From Eledone cirrhosa (lineage: Eukaryota), in contig OZ024748.1 of NCBI GenBank assembly GCA_964016885.1, positions 53,134,001 through 53,198,000 on the forward strand: a stretch of 64,000 nt of DNA, in the 5' to 3' direction. A program made the translations under genes and the position numbers. Shown here piece after piece: positions 57,412 through 64,000 of this stretch (within the stretch, counting starts at the first letter, position 1; the number at the start of each line of letters is the position of its first letter). A model generated the notes under the pieces. That model ran no database searches, was not told the DNA's origin, and worked only from the letters and a program-made list of their open reading frames with translations.

Positions 57412-57989
57412 GATACATTCGAATTACAATATACTCTACGATTCAATTGCAGCCTGTTGAAAAATAAAATAAAAGAACAGCATTCATTTAATTTTCAATT
57501 TCTAAACAATATATTGTGATTTGTTTTTTTTTATTATTGATATTGATTTCGATTTTTTTTTTTATTATTGATATTGATTTCGATTATGATTTTTTTTTAT
57601 TATTGATATTGATTTCGATTATGATTCGATGAGTGAGTTGACCATTAACAAATCTCGAAACCGAACGTTTGGTACGGGAAATCACGTGATTTTATTAACA
57701 CTCTAAACTTGGATTTACAATACTGAAGAACATCGGTAGAACGGAATTATGGAATTACTTTTTACCTGATGAAAGCACAGAAATCTCTGAACAGCGCCAG
57801 GTAGGACATTTAATCATAAAATATTTTGATGAACGTATTTTATATATCTAATAATTTTAACATGTTCTACAACCGTTTGCTTCGAATACAATATACAAAA
57901 TTTTCTTTAGTCAAAATGCGGCGAAAGGTTCTATTTCTAACTCAATAAAAAACTTCGCTCGCCGTCTTCAAAAATCAACACTCTTGCTT

Positions 57990-58019
<30 letters not shown>

Positions 58020-58026
<7 letters not shown>

Positions 58027-58095
58027 CGTCAAGTATAACATTTGTAGAAATTTGTTTTTTTTTCTATACAAATTTCATACTTGACGACCCAATAT
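58020..58095. mobile_element. mini palindromic MITE
   Basis: GGGTCGTCAAGTAT...ATACTTGACGACCC. Single arms in tandem at 5525-5625. Confidence 0.65.
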
Positions 58096-59266
58096 ATTGA
58101 AAAATATTTGTCTCTAATAATAAGTCATCTCAATGAAAAGTTAACATATAAATATTTGTCTCGATGAAAAGATAACATATAAAAATAAAATATTAACTCA
58201 GAGATGTGATTAAACTTCAACTCAAATCTCGACTTGGGTGGGGGAATTATGATATAAGCCAGACCAACTAAAATAAGTCAGTTTAACTTAGTTAAACAGA
58301 CTTATTTATTACTAAATTAAAAAATCTTATTTGTGCAATTATTATTGCTATCAATATAGAACTGTCGTGGACAAACGGCTGCCCATTTGGTTTTATGAAT
58401 GGCAGACCTAATTTCAAAATTGTTTTATGATGAGCCATATCCTCTGCTCGAAAAATGTTGCCCATTCCAGATATAGATATAGAAAAGTATGTTATTTTAC
58501 TTAATACAAAAGTAAACAATCCACTGCGCGCGAATATGAAGGTGTCATATCTTTCGTATTTTTATACTTTGACGTGAAATTGATACCGCCATCTTGAATT
58601 TGTTGCCGAATTCAATTGAAAAAAAAGATGGAAAGTTTATTTTTTGTGAGGATTATATTTATTCGGTTAAAAACCGTTTCTACTTGTTGGTGTTCAGTGA
58701 AATTGTTTTTGTTTTAATTAATTAATTAAAAGAAAATATCCATTACTAGTAAATATCGGCCTCAATTTTATTGTATTGAGTCGAAAGAAGGCGATGAACT
58801 CGCAGTCGTTAGAACGTCAGATAGAATGATTTACGGTATTTATTTCAACGCTCTGATCTCTGTTCAAATCCCACTGAGATCTACTTTAAAAAAACGTCAA
58901 ATTTATTTACATATTATTATATTTAAAGTACCAGTAATGCACTGGAGGGATTGCTGGCCTTGTGCCAAAAGTAGAATCAATTATTATATTTCAAAAACAA
59001 TTTTAAAATTCCGCGTTTTACCACTATCGTTACTGAAAATGCTTATTAAGGGAGTTTAATATCCATTTGGACAGTAAATCCTCGATTTTAGGCGTAGCTC
59101 CCGTCTGGGAAGGTGTTCTAAACGAAATCATGTTCCAACTTACAAACAAGGCCAGTCATTCACTTGCTGAGGCCCTAAACTATATAAAATTTGAAGCCCT
59201 TCTCTTACAAATATTCGACTAAAAAAAGTTTAATAATTATATATGATTATTATTTATTAATGATGA

Positions 59267-59447
59267 GGCGGTGGATTGGCAGTATCGTAGAGGGTCGGAC
59301 GTCATGATTTGAGTTACGGCCCTTGCCATTCTGAGTTCAAATCCCGCCGAGGTTAACTTTGCCTTTCATCCTTACGGGGTCGATAAAATAAAGTACCAGT
59401 AATGCACTGGGTAATTGCTGGCCTTGTGCCAAAAGTAGAAACTATAA
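59267..59447 (+). mobile_element. full-length tRNA-derived SINE (main family)
   Basis: GGCGGTGGATTGGCAGTATCGGTAGAG head, B-box, core and tail. Confidence 0.92.
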
Positions 59448-59771
59448 TTTATTAATGATTACAAAATTAAATTAATTACAAAATGTACTTTTAACTAATA
59501 AATTGATTTATTCTATTTGCCGCATAGAAAGTAGGAATAATTTTTTTTAAAAGGTGTGTAGCCCTAAGTTATAGCTTATTTAGATTATAGGTAATTCCAG
59601 CACTGCTTAGAAACTTCTCGAATGACCTGTACGTGCGTCTTTTTACATCCTGAGTTCATTCCCTTCCACCATTATATAAACTGTGTTGTCATGTTCAACC
59701 TATGATGTATTGTCAGTTAATAAGCGACTGAAAATATGTTATTTTCTTTTATAATGTATAGTCTTTTAATA

Positions 59772-60027
59772 CAGGGTGACCACAAAAGACTCCTTGATTT
59801 CAAATGCTTATATCAAAATTTAAATGAATATTCTTACAATATTGGTGGCTTGATTATCGCATTAATGTTTGTCGAGCAACAAAAGGGGTCACATCGATTA
59901 TCTATGATATCAACCAATACCATATGAAACATTGTTAGTTTATGCAAATGTAGCCACCAAAGAATATTCATTTAAGTTTTCATATTATACGTATTTGAAA
60001 TCAAGGAGAGTTTTTGTGGTCATCCTG
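59772..60027. mobile_element. Tc1/mariner MITE with TA TSD
   Basis: TA|CAGGGTGACCACAAAAGACTCCTTGATTTCAAAT...ATTTGAAATCAAGGAGAGTTTTTGTGGTCATCCTG|TA. Confidence 0.88.
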
Positions 60028-60524
60028 TAGTGTAACAAGACGGTGACTTGGCAGAGTCGTTAGTTTATCAGATAGAATGCTTTGTGGTATTCGTTTCGGT
60101 TTTCTACCCTCTGAGTTTAAATCCAACCAAGGTCAACTTTGCCTTTTGTCTATTCGAGGACGATAAAGAAAGTACCAGTCACGTACTGGGGTCGATCTTT
60201 CCTCTATATTTCTTTCTCACTTACTTTCTGTAACTCTCTATCCTTCTCTGAAAGAAATCTGTTGTATTCAGACCTGGAAAGGATTGGGCTCCGCCAGTTT
60301 TTAAAATTCCCTAGAGACGTCATATGTCAATACAACATCCCTACAATTCCATCAGGAGTTACGAGACCATTCATACATGCAATAATATAATCTTTTCCCT
60401 TGTTTCTTTTTTGGGGGGGCCAAAATTGTGATTCTCTTTCTATGATTATCTTTCATCGTCAAAATCTTTCACGTTTATCTTCCATAAACTTTAACTTAAT
60501 TTGTCTGGAGCAGACATCGGGTGA

Positions 60525-60678
60525 GATAAGATATGGCAGATGTGAAAATAGAGCTGTCGTCTAGTGGGATAAGATATGGCAGATGTGAAAATAGAGCTGT
60601 CGTCTGGTGGGATAAGATATGGCAGATGTGAAAATAGAGCTGTCGTCTGGTGGGATAAGATATGGCAGATGTGGAAAT
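60525..60678 (+). repeat. 43-bp tandem repeat, 3.5 copies
   Basis: GATAAGATATGGCAGATGTG at 60525, 60568, 60611 and 60654. Confidence 0.9.
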
Positions 60679-61946
60679 ACAGAGTTTTGTTTCAGTCTTA
60701 TAGTTCCTAAAGACATTAGCTAGCAGTGTAAATAAAGTAAGAAAGTTCCGAACGGTAATTCTAACAGTGTCGCAAAGTCAAAGCTTATATTTTGATCTTG
60801 TCATGTAAAAGATTCGTAAGTGCAGAGCCTTTAGATTTCATAACTGGCAAGACAAATAGAGGGGGAGGGGGGTTGGCGAGAGACGGACAGACAGGAAAAC
60901 AGAGTGATGAGTGACAAGAAAACGTATAGAAATGACAAGAAGAAAGACTGTGAGAGAGGGGGTGGGAGGAGGAGGTGAAGGAAGGTCAGATGGAAGGCTA
61001 AAAGTTTAGAAGGCCACATGTAAATATGAAGATGTATGTTTGCTTAAGAGAGCTAACTAGATAGATAGAGAGAGAGAGTAAGGTGTGTGTTATGAGAGAT
61101 GGCTTGGATGTGGTCATGCATCGGAATGTGTGAGACTACTTGTTTGTGTATTTAGTAGGCAGAACACACCCCTGAGGTATTCCCCCCTCGGCTCTATTGT
61201 GTGTACATACGTTGACATTGTTGCTGTTTAGCCCAAGGTCAGTCTTGATTCAGCAGACCAATGACCAAATCCATTCCATCCGTGACTATCACGTCTTATT
61301 TTGTTTTTTAAACACATTGGACTATGGATCACATTATACAAAGTGTTGTTTACTCTTTAAAAAACAAAAACAATGCTACCTTACCACTCGATGAAGATTT
61401 AGCTGTTATATCTAGCAGTACGGACCATGGCGTGGAGGCTCCCTCGTTAATGCGTGTGTGTTTGTGTATGTATCCGTATTTGTGCTCCTGTAATTGTGTG
61501 ATTGTGTGGGTTTTTGTGTGTATGTCTTTGTATGTAATTTTTTTTGTGTGTTCGTTTATAAATGAATACCTCTCTCTCTCTCTCTGTGTTATATAGACAT
61601 TTGTACACGTATAATTACACAACCCCCCTCCCCCTACTATCATAATACTACACTTCTACCAGGAGTTACGACCGGTAGATAGTATCAGCAATGAGAAGAC
61701 AGTAAATGGAAGCAGTGTTTCCTTGATCCGCTTTGACAAGTTCCACCCCACTAAATGAATCAGATCTGGGATGTTGTCGACCGAACTCTGTTCTTTATCT
61801 AATACTCCATACACCACAACAGAACCATTTCACAACAGTACAGCACACCACCACCACCACCACCACCACCACCATCACCACCACCATCATTAGAATTATT
61901 ACAGAGGTTAACACAACTCCGTAACAATCAAAGAAACTGGATACTA

Positions 61947-62300
61947 CTAGGGTCGGCTGAATGGTTCGTAAGCTGACCAAGATACTTTCATGGAATGACC
62001 AAATGAGGTTTATTTTTTCAACATAGTCCCTGGAAAGAAGCAATGCAGTTATTAATAAGAAGAGTTGAAATTAATTCATGCAAGATTACACAGCTCTAGC
62101 ATCACTCCTTCATTGGCTAACCAAGATACTCTCATGGAATGATCAAGATACTTTCATGGAATGACCAAATAAGGTTTATTTTTCATCATAGTCCCCGGAA
62201 GGAAACAATGCTGTTACTAAGAAGAGTTGAAATTAAGGCATGCAAGATTTCACAGCTCTAGCATCACTCCTTTATGGTTAGTTTATGAACTTTTCAGCTG
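61947..62300 (+). mobile_element. mariner-derived MITE with internal duplication
   Basis: Same family as 57066-57411, opposite orientation. Confidence 0.8.
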
Positions 62301-62502
62301 TCAATACAATGCCAGACTATTACCACCATCTTCGTAACACCGCTCCACAATCACAACCAACACTACCATAACAAACAACAGGAGGAGGAGGAGAGAAAAG
62401 TACAGATATACGTATCAAAGTCTGTGATATCACTCTCTTTAGTTGTCTCATTCTGTCACCCCCCCCCCCCCTCTCTCTCTCTCTCTCGTTGTCTCATTCT
62501 GT

Positions 62503-62552
<50 letters not shown>

Positions 62553-62712
62553 ATCCTGTCATCCCTCTCTCTCTCTCTCAAATTGTATCAGAAATTTAAT
62601 GTAGATATAATGTCAATTCCATTTCATCAAAAACATTTATATCGATGTTTATATATATATACATGTAATGTCAATCAGTGTGTGTGCGCGTATATATATA
62701 TGTATATATATG

Positions 62713-62759
<47 letters not shown>

Positions 62760-62862
62760 GCGCACACACACTGATTGACGTTACAAAATTAAAAACAAGA
62801 TCAAAATATGTACCAGTACACATGGTGTATATTTTGGATATGTACGTATGCACGTATATATA

Positions 62863-62903
<41 letters not shown>

Positions 62904-64000
62904 TTAAGATATACATATAATTGCTGGCGCACACATACACACACATGTATGTATATATATATATATATATACACACTTCATCTAACATACATATACAGAG
63001 TCACATTTGACATTCTCATAGACACAGCCACATTAGCGCGCGCACATATCCACATTAAAGTATCTTATTGATTTACCAATAAGACTATTCCTTCTGGTCC
63101 TATCCAAACTCACTTTATATACTTCAGTATATCTCCCGTGGGTAAAACATGCTCAGACCAATCTCTCTATGCTATTTCTTCAAACACGACATTTTTGGCA
63201 TCCTATCTACAAAATGATGATGATGATGATGATTGAATAAGATAAAACGAGAAAAGAAAAAGACAGCTTTTTCGATTCCTTCATATACAGTCCACAAAGA
63301 TATTCCGTAACCATTTTCCTCGCTTGTCTCCTGATAAAAAAAATAATAAATAAATACAAAAATAAACATAAAATGGTTACAAAATAAATATATAGAAAGC
63401 GAAATAAAAAGAGTAAAAATTAGTAGAAACAAAATAAGAAAAAACAAATAAGAGAACGGAATGTGACATTGGATGTTCGGTTCCCCTTATCAGTGAATCC
63501 ACTTCATGTATATTACTCACGTATAGCTAACATGGTTCTAAGGAGTGAACGAGATGTGTATTTGAGCAGGGACTAACAGATACAGGAATTGGAAATATAT
63601 AGCCACAATTATACAAGTATGACCAAAATAATTACACATTCTATTATTCTTTTATTGCTTTCAGTCATTAAACTTTCGCCATGTTGGGCATCGCCATCAA
63701 GAGTGGTTTTTGTTGTTGTTGTCTGTGTCTTTTATTATTTTATTATATTGAAACCAGTAAATGTATGTGAGATTAGTACGTATTTTATTGATTTCTATTT
63801 ATTGAATGGTTAAGCTTTGTGTTTTTGACATATAGGGTTACATGACACACCGGTTTACATAGGTATACAAAACCCAAAGCAAGGACACACATATACATGC
63901 ATGCATACATACATACATACATACATACATACATACATACATACATACATACATACATACATACATACATACATACATACATACATACATACGTGGAAGC

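Noticed and set aside
57766-57786. CTGATGA...GAAA hammerhead candidate
   Set aside because: No stem II or stem I pairing is possible.
59267-59350. tRNA gene
   Set aside because: The A/B boxes belong to a SINE head; no cloverleaf, and the SINE core and tail follow.
60225-60325. Minus-strand ATG-started exon with a GTAAGT donor (MTSLGNFKNW...)
   Set aside because: Homologous to 39230-39290, and another frame gives the Tc1/mariner-like GGAQ..FPGLNTTDFF, so more likely a transposase relic.

Overview
Eukaryotic, AT-rich, intergenic or deep-intronic DNA saturated with microsatellites. The SINE families and repeat load look like an Octopus-type cephalopod genome (inference). I find no recognisable host protein-coding gene; almost all ORF-track entries are translations of (TA)n, (TG)n or (ACC)n repeats. 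Supported content: more than 20 tRNA-derived SINEs, RTE-clade LINE relics (RT fragments at about 11.0-11.9 kb and 18.3-19.4 kb), a Tx1/L1-like ORF2 tail, a Penelope-like RT fragment that the ORF track missed (32.5-32.8 kb), Tc1/mariner and piggyBac MITEs, and many minisatellites, two of which arose inside a LINE or SINE. The most interesting signal is a set of minimal type-I hammerhead ribozyme motifs from several unrelated short elements lying next to (TA)n tracts. A related fold-back family has its inversion centre just 5' of a hammerhead GAAA-stem III-GUC half. Together these suggest ribozyme-bearing Penelope-like or retrozyme elements associated with TA microsatellites that generate hairpins by fold-back copying. 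Element boundaries were read by eye and are approximate.
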